From contig CAWJET010000001.1 of assembly GCA_963842085.1 (NCBI GenBank), forward strand, positions 1,888,001-1,952,000: 64,000 nucleotides of DNA, in the 5' to 3' direction. Each line of letters begins with the position of its first letter. Positions within the stretch are counted from its first letter, which is position 1. The notes below the pieces were generated by a model. The model searched no databases and was not told the DNA's origin. It saw only the letters and a list, made by a program, of their open reading frames with translations. The DNA is from an uncultured delta proteobacterium (lineage in GTDB: Bacteria; Desulfobacterota; Binatia; Binatales; Binataceae). Position numbers and translations under genes: made by a program. Positions 17,229-26,739 of this stretch are shown here, piece after piece.

Positions 17229-18167
17229 GTGGAACTCATCGCGCTTGAAGCACAGAGCGAGCGCGCCGTGATTGTGCCGGGCGCCGGATGCCAATGCCTG
17301 CGCTATCGCGCCGGCACGCTCGACCTCATCGCGGGCCCTGCCGATCCCGACGCATGGCGCGAGCATCCGCATCGCGGCGGCATCCCGATTCTCTTTCCGT
17401 GGCCGGGCCGCATCGCCGGCGCACGCTTCACGTTCAACGGCCGCGAATACCGAATGCCCGTGAATGAGCCCGCGCGCGGTCACGCGATTCACGGCTTCGC
17501 CTGCGAGCGCGCCTTTCGCGTGACGCGGCGCGGACCCTACTTCGTCACCGCGCTTCTCGATTCGTCTGACTATCCGGATCTCAAGGCGATCTGGCCATGG
17601 CCGTGCGCGCTCGAAATAGACTACGAAGTAGGTAATGGACTGAGATTGAAGGCCCGCATTACCAACACCGGCAACTCGGTGATGCCGTTCGGATTCGGCG
17701 CGCATCCTTACTTTCACGCGCCCCTCAATCCCAAAGGCGCGCGCGACGCGATGCTGATCCAGCTCGACGCCAGCGCGCGATGGCCACTCGACGCTCGCCT
17801 CATACCCACCGGCGCCGCCGAGCCTCTTGCGGGCAAGTACGATCTTCGCGCGCCACGTTCGCTTGGCGGTGACACTTACGACGACGCATTCCGCATGGCG
17901 CCGATCTCGAATGGCGAGCGCCAGACGCCGCGCGCGCGGCTGATCGATCCGTCGCTAAAAGTTGCGCTCGAGATTCGCGCCGACGCCGCGTTCGGCGACT
18001 TTGTCGTCTTCGCTCCCCCGGACAACCCGGTCGTCGCGCTCGAGCCGTACACCTGCGCACCCGACGCGTTCAATCTCGCCGCCCGCGGCGTCGCGGCCGG
18101 GATGCGCGAGCTCGCACCCGGCCAGACCTTCGAAGCCGGCTTCGAGATTCGCCTCAACGTCCCTTGA
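17229..18167 (+). CDS. Aldose 1-epimerase family protein
   Basis: LFPWPGRI, HAIHG, FGFGAHPYF, ALEPYT. Confidence 0.88.
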   Translation: MELIALEAQSERAVIVPGAGCQCLRYRAGTLDLIAGPADPDAWREHPHRGGIPILFPWPGRIAGARFTFNGREYRMPVNEPARGHAIHGFACERAFRVTRRGPYFVTALLDSSDYPDLKAIWPWPCALEIDYEVGNGLRLKARITNTGNSVMPFGFGAHPYFHAPLNPKGARDAMLIQLDASARWPLDARLIPTGAAEPLAGKYDLRAPRSLGGDTYDDAFRMAPISNGERQTPRARLIDPSLKVALEIRADAAFGDFVVFAPPDNPVVALEPYTCAPDAFNLAARGVAAGMRELAPGQTFEAGFEIRLNVP

Positions 18168-18963
18168 AGCGCGGCTCACGCCGCTGCGCCAGTGCTGCCG
18201 CGCCTTCGCGAAAATCCTCGGTGACGAGCAGCGAGCTCTGCGCCAGCACTTCGAGTTCCTGGAACGTCATCTTGTCCAGGCCGTGACCCTTGTCGATGAT
18301 TCGCTTGGCCAGCCCGACCGCGAGCGGCGCGTTGCGCGCCATCTCGCGCGCCAACTCTTCGGCCGCGGCAAGATGCGCGCCGTCGGCGACGACGCGATTT
18401 ACCAGCCCGATCTTTTCAGCGTCCGCCGCCTCGATCATCCGCGCCGTCATGATCAGCTCCTTCGAGCGCGCGTAGCCGACTGTCCGCGTAAGCCGCGTCG
18501 TGCCACCCACGTCCGGCACGAGGCCGACACGCACTTCCGGCATCCCGAGGCGCGCGCCGACCGACGCGATTCTCGCGTCGCAGGCGAGCGCCAACTCGAG
18601 TCCGAGTCCGCCGACGAAGCCATGCAGCGCGCCGATGACCGGTTTCTCGATACTCTCGATCCGGTTGAGCGACGCCTGCGACTCCGCCACGAAGCGCCGA
18701 AAACGCTGCATGTCGGGCCCGCCTCCTTCGCCGGCGCGCGCGCCCGTGTCGTTGGCGAGCGAGGCGAAATCGATCCCCGCCGAGAACGCCTGCCCCTCGC
18801 CATAAATGATGACCGCGCGAACTTCGGGCCGATCGACCTCGTCGATCGCCTGCGGAATCGCGCGGAGCATCGCCTGGTTAATCGCGTTGCGTTTTTCAGG
18901 CCGGTTGAGCGCGATGTACGCGATCTCACCGTCGATTCGAACCTTGATTACGTCTTCAGCCAT
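18154..18963 (-). CDS. Enoyl-CoA hydratase/isomerase family protein
   Basis: LNRPEKRNA, FSAGID, GLGLELALACD, PEVRVGLVPD. Confidence 0.92.
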   Translation of the reverse strand: MAEDVIKVRIDGEIAYIALNRPEKRNAINQAMLRAIPQAIDEVDRPEVRAVIIYGEGQAFSAGIDFASLANDTGARAGEGGGPDMQRFRRFVAESQASLNRIESIEKPVIGALHGFVGGLGLELALACDARIASVGARLGMPEVRVGLVPDVGGTTRLTRTVGYARSKELIMTARMIEAADAEKIGLVNRVVADGAHLAAAEELAREMARNAPLAVGLAKRIIDKGHGLDKMTFQELEVLAQSSLLVTEDFREGAAALAQRREPRFKGR

Positions 18964-19306
18964 GGCCATACCTCGTTGCTGGGTCGAAACTAGTTGGTTA
19001 GCGGGGCAAAAATGAGTGTTCTTTCGGGAACCGGATTTCGTGAGATGCTACCATCTGTTGTGGCTCAGTGACCTTCAGCTACTATCGGCGGGTTCGTTCC
19101 GTCAAATTTGCGTTTTGCATGAGGGTCGATGTGGGCAGAGTTTCGCTGGATGATCGCGCGGCGTGGAGGTGTTGATTGATGCGCATCACCGATCACATAG
19201 CATGTCGGAGTCTGCGCGGTAAGGCTGAAGAGTTCAGTTCCACCTGAAGTATGTATGTACCCACAGAGTCGCTATCAGAGTGGTGCGCGCGAAGCGCGCG
19301 ATTAAG

Positions 19307-19386
19307 GGACCGGGTTCGCGTCGCGCGAAGCTGTCCGAGATCCCTCCATCCGCTCGCGTTGCTCGCTTCGTCGGGATGACACAACA
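19307..19386 (+). repeat. REP-like dispersed repeat, copy 1
   Basis: accgg..cgcgaagctgtccgagatccctccatccgctcgcgttgctcgcttcgtcgggatgaca. Confidence 0.8.
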
Positions 19387-19428
19387 AGTGATCACGTCAG
19401 AATCGCGAACGATGCCCGCGACTCTCAG

Positions 19429-19512
19429 AACCGGTACCGGCGGCGCTTGCGCGCCGCTGTCCGAGATCCTTCCTGCCGCTCGCGTTGCTCGCTACGTCAG
19501 GATGACACAAGA
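19429..19512 (+). repeat. REP-like dispersed repeat, copy 2
   Basis: aaccggtaccgg..ctgtccgagatccttcctgccgctcgcgttgctcgctacgtcaggatgacacaag. Confidence 0.8.
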
Positions 19513-19647
19513 AAGTGCTCGCTTCGGCACCAAGGTCTGGGCGGACCTGTATCAGACAGAACCGGAATATTGAATAGCGGGCGAAAAATGCGCGCTGCAT
19601 ACGGCCCCCAACCTTCGATCCTCTTCCTTGCAGGAGAGGGGAAGGCT

Positions 19648-20703
19648 TCAGGGCTTCAGCAGGACCTTCATTGCGTTGTCTTTTCTTGCGTTGAAGATTT
19701 CGTAGCCTTTGGCGGCCTCGTCCAGGGGCATTATGTGGCTTATCAGGGGTCGCGGGTCCAGGGTGCCTTTTTCTATCAGGCGGGCCAGTTGCGGGATGTG
19801 GGCGTTGATGTTTGCGAGGCCGATGCTGAACGTCAGGTCTCGCGCGAAGGCATAGCCGATTGGGAAATTGAACGACGGCGCGGCGAAGACGCCGATTACC
19901 GACACGGTGCCGCCGCCGCGCGCGGCCATTATCGCCGAGGTCAGGGCGGCATCGTTGCCGACCGCTTCGATCGTGACGTCGGCGCCGCGGCCTTCGGTGC
20001 GATCGAGGATCGTCTGCTGCGCTTTTTCAGTGTCCACGGCGAACGCGCCGAGTTTGCGCGCGAGTTCCAGGCGGTACGCGATGCTATCGACGGCTATCAC
20101 TTCGGCCGGACCGAACAGCTTCGCACTCATCACGGCGCAGAGGCCGACGGGGCCGCATCCGAAGATTGCGACCGTGTCGCCGGGGCGGATGTTGCCGTTG
20201 ACGGCGCCGAAAAAGCTCGTCGGCAGGATGTCGGCGAGAAAGACCGCGACGTCATCGTCGATCGCGTCGGGCAGAGGATAGCAGGTGTAATCGGCCATCG
20301 GGACGCGCACCGCTTCGGACTGCTCGCCGCCGAGCCATCCGAGCTTGCCCGCGGAACTCGAGCCGTAGCCGAATACCGCGGAGCCGCTCTCCGCGCATTG
20401 CGAGGGCTGTCCGCGCCGGCAGAAGAAGCATCGCCCGCATGCGACCAGCCCCGAGACGACGACGCGATCGCCTTTCTTCAGACGATCGACGCCCGCGCCC
20501 ACTTCCTCGATCACGCCGACGCCTTCATGGCCCAGCACGAAGCCGGGCGCCGCGGGAATAGCGCCGTGATAGCAGTGCAGGTCGGAGCCGCAGATTCCCG
20601 CGCGCGTGATTCGCACGAGCGCGTCGGTGGGCGTCTGGAGGGCGGGGTCATCGACGCGCTCGACGCGCACGTCGTGGGGTCCGTGGAAGACAGTTCCTTT
20701 CAT
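19648..20703 (-). CDS. Zn-dependent alcohol dehydrogenase (MDR, FDH-like)
   Basis: GICGSDLH, GHEGVG, CGRCFFC..C, ADILPT, GCGPVG; start at MKGTVFHG. Confidence 0.92.
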   Translation of the reverse strand: MKGTVFHGPHDVRVERVDDPALQTPTDALVRITRAGICGSDLHCYHGAIPAAPGFVLGHEGVGVIEEVGAGVDRLKKGDRVVVSGLVACGRCFFCRRGQPSQCAESGSAVFGYGSSSAGKLGWLGGEQSEAVRVPMADYTCYPLPDAIDDDVAVFLADILPTSFFGAVNGNIRPGDTVAIFGCGPVGLCAVMSAKLFGPAEVIAVDSIAYRLELARKLGAFAVDTEKAQQTILDRTEGRGADVTIEAVGNDAALTSAIMAARGGGTVSVIGVFAAPSFNFPIGYAFARDLTFSIGLANINAHIPQLARLIEKGTLDPRPLISHIMPLDEAAKGYEIFNARKDNAMKVLLKP

Positions 20704-20750
20704 GGTGTGGGTGATACCTTTTGTGTAATGGCGTTCTCCAGCATGGGCAA

Positions 20751-20866
20751 AACCGGTACCGGCTTCGCCGGCGCGAAGCTGTCCGAGATGCTTCCTTCCG
20801 CTCGCGTTGCTCGCTTCGTCAGCATGACACAAGACGCTCGCGTTGCTCGCTTCTGTCAGGATGACA
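20751..20866 (+). repeat. REP-like dispersed repeat, copy 3 plus a tandem partial copy
   Basis: aaccggtaccggcttcgccggcgcgaagctgtccgagatg..cgctcgcgttgctcgcttcgtcagcatgacacaag, then cgctcgcgttgctcgcttctgtcaggatgaca. Confidence 0.8.
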
Positions 20867-20994
20867 GGACACCCGCGGCGCTTTGCGCTATCGTCGAGAC
20901 GGCGAACCAGCGAATAATGGCACAGAGCAAGGCGGGTTTGCAGAGGCGGCGAAGCCCGTGATAATTGCAGAGGCTTGCTACTCGGGAGGTTCCT

Positions 20995-21459
20995 ATGATT
21001 CAAACGGTGAAGAAAATTCTCGCACCCATAGATTTTTCGGTGCACTCGATGGAAGCGATGCGGGCCGCGTTTGAAATGGCGAAAGAGGTCGGCGCCGAAG
21101 TTCACCTGGTGCACGTTATCGCGCCGCATCACACCTTCATCCCGTTGCCGTTGGAGTCCAATGCCGAGCAGAACCGGGAGCTGGTGCGGGAATCCGCGAT
21201 GCTCGAGCAGGCGGAGGAAGAACTCGCGCGCATCAAGAAAGATGACTTCGGCGATTCCACGAAGGTCTTCACCTTTTCCGTGGTCGGCCATCCCGTTCAG
21301 AAGCTCGTCGAATACGCCAAGGAGCAGGCGATTGACCTGATCGTGATGGCTACGCACGGACGTAGCGGCGGCGAGCATATGTTGATCGGCAGCGTGGTCG
21401 AGAAAATGGTGCGCAACTCACCGTGCTCAGTCCTGGTCTTCCGTCCGCGCCCCCGATAA
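20995..21459 (+). CDS. Universal stress protein (UspA family)
   Basis: KILAPIDFS, DLIVMATHGRSG, IGSVVEKMVRNSPCSVLV; RBS GGAGG. Confidence 0.93.
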   Translation: MIQTVKKILAPIDFSVHSMEAMRAAFEMAKEVGAEVHLVHVIAPHHTFIPLPLESNAEQNRELVRESAMLEQAEEELARIKKDDFGDSTKVFTFSVVGHPVQKLVEYAKEQAIDLIVMATHGRSGGEHMLIGSVVEKMVRNSPCSVLVFRPRPR

Positions 21460-21706
21460 CCAACAAGCACGTCATTCCCGGCGGCCGCGTGCACTCGCGG
21501 CCGTCGTCGCGTCGCGGCAAGTATTACTGCGCGGACGTATTAGTTCTGCTGATGACCACTACTCTGAACAAATAAGGGCCAGGCAGATTGCTCTACCCAG
21601 CCCGTAGCCAACCGGGAAAAGGGGGGCAAACCCCGGCCAGCAAAGGAATTATACGCAACTGCCGCTGTGTTGCAACAACCGCCGAACCCCCCTGCCAACC
21701 AGCCCG

Positions 21707-21976
21707 TCAGACTTTGCCGCCGCCAAGCGCAGGGATGAAATGCACTTCGCTATTCTCGCCGACTGCGTCGAGCACGCCGCCGGTGGCGATTTCGCCGTCG
21801 ATTGACACCGCGATCGACGGCCGGATGTCTCCGTCCACGAGTAACTGCTGGTCGATTCCTGGAAACTGCTCGCCAAGATGCCGAACCAGCTCGCGAATCG
21901 ATTTTCCCGGTACGTTAATGCGCTCGATGCCACCGGTAAATTTGCGTAACAGGGCAGGAATAACAACGATAGGCAT
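21707..21976 (-). CDS. MoaD/ThiS-family sulfur carrier protein
   Basis: Ubiquitin-like pattern IPALLRKFTGG..VSIDGE..FIPALGGGKV; alternative TTG start at 22003. Confidence 0.8.
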   Translation of the reverse strand: MPIVVIPALLRKFTGGIERINVPGKSIRELVRHLGEQFPGIDQQLLVDGDIRPSIAVSIDGEIATGGVLDAVGENSEVHFIPALGGGKV

Positions 21977-21985
21977 CGTAAAAGC

Positions 21986-22020
21986 AAAAAAAGGAGCGAG
22001 CAACCAAGCTCGCTCCTTTT
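21986..22020 (-). terminator. Intrinsic terminator after the Mo-enzyme large subunit
   Basis: GGAGCGAGC-ttggtt-GCTCGCTCC followed by U7 on the minus strand. Confidence 0.8.
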
Positions 22021-22032
22021 GACCACTCCTGA

Positions 22033-24321
22033 TTAATCCGCCGCGGCGGAATGCTGGGTCGAGCCGCGATGCTTCAGCATCGCCTTCAGCAGCTTCGGCG
22101 GCGACATCGGCGTCTCCGTCATCCTGACGCCCACCGCGCGATAGATCGCGTTGGCGACCGCTGCCACCGGCGGCACGATCGACACTTCGCCGACACCGCG
22201 CACGCCCAGCGGATGGCCGGGGTTTGCCTCCTCGACGACGATCGTTTCGATCATCGGCAAGTCGAGGCAGGTCGGCATCCGGTAGTCGAGGAATCCGGAG
22301 TTACGCAGCGTGCCCTTGTCGTCGTAGAAATATTCCTCGTTCAGCGCCCATCCGAGTCCCTGCGCCGTGCCGCCCTGCATCTGTCCTTCGACGTAGCTCG
22401 GATGAATCGCCTTGCCCGCATCCTGCGCGACGGTGCATCGCAGAATTTGCACCTTGCCGGTGTCGGGATCGACCTCGACGTCGACGACCGTGGTGGCGAA
22501 TCCCGGCCCTACGCCGCGTGCGTTCACGCTGGCGCGACCGGTGATCGGTCCGCCCGTGCGCGGGAAGCGTGGCGCGAGCTGCTTGATCGACAGCGGCGGC
22601 ACGCCGTTGCCTTTCGCGTGGAGCTTGCCGTCGCGGAATTCCACCTCGTCGGGCTTTTTCTCCCAGACCTTGGCGGCGCGCTCGATCAACTGGCGCTCGG
22701 CGTCCTTGGCCGCCTCGTACACGGCCATCCCGGTTGCGAAGGTGACGCGGCTGCCGCCGGTCACGTCGGTATGGCCTATAGAATCGGTGTCGGCGGTGAT
22801 CGGGCGCACGTCGGTCACCGGGATTCCGAGCACTTCCGCCGTGATCATCGCCATCGAGGCGCGCGAGCCGCCGATATCCGGCGAGCCGGTCACGACGCTG
22901 GCGGTACCGTCGGTGTGGATATTCACCGTGGCCGACGACTGCATCCCGGCGTTGAACCAGAAGCCCGAGGCGACGCCGCGTCCGCGGAATTTGCCGGTCA
23001 GCTTCGACTTGTAATGCGGGCTGTTCTTGATCGCTTCGCAAGTCTGGATGAATCCGATGCGCTTGAACGGAGGGCCGACGACCTGCGGCGCGCCTTCTTT
23101 GGCGCCGTTCTTGATGCGGAAGTCGATCGGATCGATTCCGCACTTCTCGGCGAGTTCGTCGATCACCGTCTCGGACGCGAACGCGGCGTTAGTCGCGCCC
23201 GGCGCGCGATAGGCCGCGGTCTTGGGCCGATTGACCACTACGTCGTACGCATCGATTTGAAAATTCTCGACCGTGTACGGAGCGATGATGCACATCGCGC
23301 CCGCGCCCACCGGCGAACCGGGGAACGCGCCCGCCTCGTACGCCATCCAGATTTCCGCGGCGACCAGTTTGCCCTCCCTGGTCGCGCCCATCTTCACTTT
23401 GATCTTCGAGCCTGAGGTCGGGCCGCTGGCGCGGAGTACCTCCGAGCGCGACATGACGAGCTTCACCGGCGCGCCGGTCTTCTTGGACAGCAGCACCGAC
23501 AGCGGTTCGAGGTAGATGGTGGTCTTGCCGCCGAAGCCGCCGCCGATTTCAGCCGGCACGACCTTGATATGGCCGACCGGCATCCCCAGCACCTGCGCGC
23601 TGAGCGAGCGCACGTCGAAGGCGCCTTGCGTCGAGCAGTAAATCGTCGCCTGCCCGTCGGAGTTGTAGATGCCGACGGCGTTGTGCGGTTCGATATATCC
23701 CTGGTGGACCATCGCGGTGTTGAATTCGCGCTCGATCACGTAGTCCGCCGCCTTGAATCCCGCTTCGAGGTCGCCGCGCTTGAACTGGTAGTGCTGCGCG
23801 ACGTTGGTCGGCTGGTCGCCTTCCTCCTTGTTGCGCAGGTCCTTCAGCAGAATCGGCGCACCGGGCCTGGTCGCGGCATCGACGGTCATCACCGGCGGCA
23901 GCACTTCGTACTCGACTTCGATCAGCCGCAGCGCCTCCTCGGCGATATGCGGGCTGATCGCGGCGACGGCGGCGATCGCGTGGCCGTCGTACAGGACCTT
24001 GTCGTGCGCGAGGATGTTCATCGACAGGTACATCGGGTTGATCACCATCTCGCCGGACTGCTCGAGCTTGTTCTCCGCCTGCGGGAGATCCTTCGAGGTG
24101 ACGATCGCCTTGACGCCGGGGAGCTTGAGCGCCTTGTCGATTTTGATCGATTTGATATTCGCGTGAGCGTGCGGGCTGCGCAGCACCTTGCCGTGCAGCA
24201 TGCCGGGGAAAGCGTAGTCGGCGCCGTACTTGGCGCGGCCCGTCACTTTGTCAACGCCGTCGTGCCGAATCGGACGCGTGCCGATAACTTTGAAATTGCC
24301 GGTCGTGGTTGATGCCGCCAT
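22033..24321 (-). CDS. Xanthine dehydrogenase-family molybdopterin-binding large subunit
   Basis: KVTGRAKY, HQGYIEPH, GGGFGGK, AYRAPGA, EGQMQGG, GVGE. Confidence 0.92.
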   Translation of the reverse strand: MAASTTTGNFKVIGTRPIRHDGVDKVTGRAKYGADYAFPGMLHGKVLRSPHAHANIKSIKIDKALKLPGVKAIVTSKDLPQAENKLEQSGEMVINPMYLSMNILAHDKVLYDGHAIAAVAAISPHIAEEALRLIEVEYEVLPPVMTVDAATRPGAPILLKDLRNKEEGDQPTNVAQHYQFKRGDLEAGFKAADYVIEREFNTAMVHQGYIEPHNAVGIYNSDGQATIYCSTQGAFDVRSLSAQVLGMPVGHIKVVPAEIGGGFGGKTTIYLEPLSVLLSKKTGAPVKLVMSRSEVLRASGPTSGSKIKVKMGATREGKLVAAEIWMAYEAGAFPGSPVGAGAMCIIAPYTVENFQIDAYDVVVNRPKTAAYRAPGATNAAFASETVIDELAEKCGIDPIDFRIKNGAKEGAPQVVGPPFKRIGFIQTCEAIKNSPHYKSKLTGKFRGRGVASGFWFNAGMQSSATVNIHTDGTASVVTGSPDIGGSRASMAMITAEVLGIPVTDVRPITADTDSIGHTDVTGGSRVTFATGMAVYEAAKDAERQLIERAAKVWEKKPDEVEFRDGKLHAKGNGVPPLSIKQLAPRFPRTGGPITGRASVNARGVGPGFATTVVDVEVDPDTGKVQILRCTVAQDAGKAIHPSYVEGQMQGGTAQGLGWALNEEYFYDDKGTLRNSGFLDYRMPTCLDLPMIETIVVEEANPGHPLGVRGVGEVSIVPPVAAVANAIYRAVGVRMTETPMSPPKLLKAMLKHRGSTQHSAAAD

Positions 24322-24379
24322 GGCCTTACCTCTCGAATCGCCTGGTCGTATCGATCGTCGTCTGAGTACTGCGACGCGC

Positions 24380-24883
24380 TCAGCGCGCGGCCGCCTTGCC
24401 TTCGCCCTGCGAGCGCATGTCCGCCGCCGCGTCGAGCACCGCCTTCACAATCTTGTCGTAGCCGGTGCATCGGCAAAGATTCCCGGCGAGCGCGTAGCGG
24501 ACTTCGGGCTCGGTCGGCTTCGGATTGCGATCGAGCAGCGACTTCGCCGAAATCAAGAATCCCGGCGTGCAGATACCGCACTGCAGGCTCGCGTGCTCGA
24601 GAAACTTGTTCTGCAAAACGTGCAGCACGCCATTGGTGGCGAGTCCCTCGACGGTCGCGATGTTTTTGCCCTGCGCCTCGACGCCGAGCATCAGGCACGA
24701 GCATACCGCGCGGCCGTCGACCAGCACGGTGCACGCGCCGCAGTCGCCGGTCAGGCACCCTTCCTTCGAGCCGGTGAGTTCGAGCACGTCGCGCAGGGTT
24801 TCGAGCAGGCTCTGGCGCGGCTCGCACAGGAACTCGACCGTTTCGCCGTTGATCGTCGCTTCTACCAGGGTCTTTTTGGACAT
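24380..24883 (-). CDS. 2x[2Fe-2S] small subunit (CoxS/CutS-like)
   Basis: KEGCLTGDCGACTV..SCL; QCGICTPG; NLCRCTGY. Confidence 0.95.
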   Translation of the reverse strand: MSKKTLVEATINGETVEFLCEPRQSLLETLRDVLELTGSKEGCLTGDCGACTVLVDGRAVCSCLMLGVEAQGKNIATVEGLATNGVLHVLQNKFLEHASLQCGICTPGFLISAKSLLDRNPKPTEPEVRYALAGNLCRCTGYDKIVKAVLDAAADMRSQGEGKAAAR

Positions 24884-24914
24884 CGTCTTGTTCGCCGTGA
24901 TTGATTTTCGGGTG

Positions 24915-25784
24915 TCAGTTCTTCTTCGCGCGTTCGGCGGCGATGGTCAGCGCGCGGCGCGTCAGCACGCCGGTGACGTGAAGCCGGAATTCGGCCGTTC
25001 CGCGCATGTCGTCGATAGGCTTGCACGCCGCGCTCGCCGCACGTCCGGCGGCCTCGAGCGTTGCATCGTCGAGTTTCTTGCCGACCAGCGCGTCGGCAGC
25101 CTTGCTCGCGAGCAGCGGAGTCGCCGCGACCGCGCCGAGCCCGATGCGCGCCACCTTGACCTTGTCGCCGTCGAGCGTGACCGACGCTCCCACGCCGACC
25201 ACTGCGATATCCATCTCGTTGCGCGGGATGAAACGCAGATACGCGTCGCTCGAATGCGGCGCCGGTGCCGGCACCAGCAATTCGACCAGCAACTCGCCGG
25301 GCTTGAGCACCGTGCGTCCGGGCGACACGACGAACGATTCGACCGGCACCTCGCGCTCGCCGCTCGGGCCGACGATTCGCGCACGCGCACCGAGCGCTAT
25401 CAGCGCGGGCGTCGTGTCGGCGGCGGGCGATCCGTTGCACAGATTGCCGCCGACCGAGGCGCGGTTCTGAATCTGCAGCGAGCCGATTAGATGGGCCGCT
25501 TCCGTCAGGCCGGGATAATGACGCCGCATCACATCGCTCTCGCTGATCTCGGTGCACGGGACTGCCGCGCCCAGGCGCAGTCCTTTCTTCGCGTCGAAGG
25601 AGAGAGTCTGCAGCTCCTTGATTTTTTTGACGTCAACCAGATGCTCGGTGCGGCGGACTCCGGCGCGCAACTGGATGAGGATATCGGTGCCGCCGCAGAA
25701 CGGGCGCGCGTTCTCGCCGTGGGTTTTGAGGATGCTGACCGCCTGCTCGAGCGTGGTCGGGGCTTCGTAGCTAATCGCGTGCAA
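24915..25784 (-). CDS. FAD-binding medium subunit (CoxM/CutM-like)
   Basis: GGTD, QIQNRASVGGNLCNGSPAAD, PIDDMRGTAEFR; TTG start after GGAGG. Confidence 0.92.
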   Translation of the reverse strand: MHAISYEAPTTLEQAVSILKTHGENARPFCGGTDILIQLRAGVRRTEHLVDVKKIKELQTLSFDAKKGLRLGAAVPCTEISESDVMRRHYPGLTEAAHLIGSLQIQNRASVGGNLCNGSPAADTTPALIALGARARIVGPSGEREVPVESFVVSPGRTVLKPGELLVELLVPAPAPHSSDAYLRFIPRNEMDIAVVGVGASVTLDGDKVKVARIGLGAVAATPLLASKAADALVGKKLDDATLEAAGRAASAACKPIDDMRGTAEFRLHVTGVLTRRALTIAAERAKKN

Positions 25785-25906
25785 GAGTGGAAAACCTCCG
25801 GGTCGGGCCAAGATTATACCCGCCTTTATGCATTGGATAGCCTAGATGCCGCCCGCTGAAAAGGGCACCCCGGACAGCGCCCGGCGTCACGCCGCGCGCG
25901 CCCAAT

Positions 25907-26695
25907 TCACCTCCCGCACCAGACTGGCTTGCGCTTTTCCAAGAATGCGCCGATGCCTTCCTGCGCGTCCTGCGCCATCGCATTCTGGCTCATCACTTCT
26001 TTCGTGTAGTCGTACGCTTTCGCCGTATCCAGATCGATTTGCTCGTAGAACGCGCGCTTGCCGATTCCGATGATTAGCGGACTCGCCTCGACGATCTGTA
26101 TCGCCAGCTTGCGCGTCTCTGCGATCAGGTCCGCGTCGGCCACCACGCGGTTCACGAGCCCCCATTCGGCTGCCGTGCGCGCTTTTACCGGCTGTCCCGT
26201 CAGCAGCATTTCCATCGCATGCTTGCGTCCGACCGCGCGCGTCAACGCCACCATCGGCGTCGAGCAAAACAGTCCAATCCTCACGCCCGGCGTGGCGAAA
26301 CTCGCGCTCTCGCCCGCGACGACGAGGTCGCAGGTCGCCGCGAGCTGGCATCCCGCGGCGGTGGCGATCGCATGCACGCGCGCGATCACCGGCTGCGGAA
26401 TCGCTTGAATCGTGAGCATCAGTTGCGCGCACAGGTCGAATTCATATCGGTAGAATGCGAGGTCGCGCCCCTTCAGTTCGCCGAGGTCATGACCGGCCGA
26501 GAACGCCGGCCCGTTGCCCGCGATTATCACCGCGCGCGCGTCGCTGCGTTTGCCGATCGCGTGAAGCGCGTCGTTCAGCTCCGTCATCATCGCTGTCGAA
26601 AGCGCGTTGCGCTTCTCCGGGCGGTTCATCGTGAGCGTGACCAGTCCGGCATCTTCCTCGACGATCAGGTTTTTTTGCGCAGTTTCATTTGCCAT
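25907..26695 (-). CDS. Enoyl-CoA hydratase family protein (ECHDC3-like)
   Basis: FSAGHDL, ATAAGCQL, TPGVRIGLFCSTP. Confidence 0.9.
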   Translation of the reverse strand: MANETAQKNLIVEEDAGLVTLTMNRPEKRNALSTAMMTELNDALHAIGKRSDARAVIIAGNGPAFSAGHDLGELKGRDLAFYRYEFDLCAQLMLTIQAIPQPVIARVHAIATAAGCQLAATCDLVVAGESASFATPGVRIGLFCSTPMVALTRAVGRKHAMEMLLTGQPVKARTAAEWGLVNRVVADADLIAETRKLAIQIVEASPLIIGIGKRAFYEQIDLDTAKAYDYTKEVMSQNAMAQDAQEGIGAFLEKRKPVWCGR

Positions 26696-26739
26696 TGATT
26701 TTCACCCGTCTTCCATTCTCCAACTTTTTAAGCCGCGTG

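Noticed and set aside
18970-19300. Lower-GC gap with palindrome TGATGCGCATCA (about 19177-19188)
   Set aside because: Single palindrome with no second instance or convincing ORF; insufficient support
19307-19512. CRISPR array
   Set aside because: Only two degenerate ~80-bp copies, further copies dispersed, no regular spacers and no cas genes
19648-21378. 576-aa ADH ORF in the track
   Set aside because: The N-terminal part is antisense to usp and runs through repeats; the real ADH starts at 20703
22033-25784. Aerobic CO dehydrogenase (coxMSL gene order)
   Set aside because: Active-site loop is AYRAPG, not AYxCSFR; no coxDEFG accessory genes
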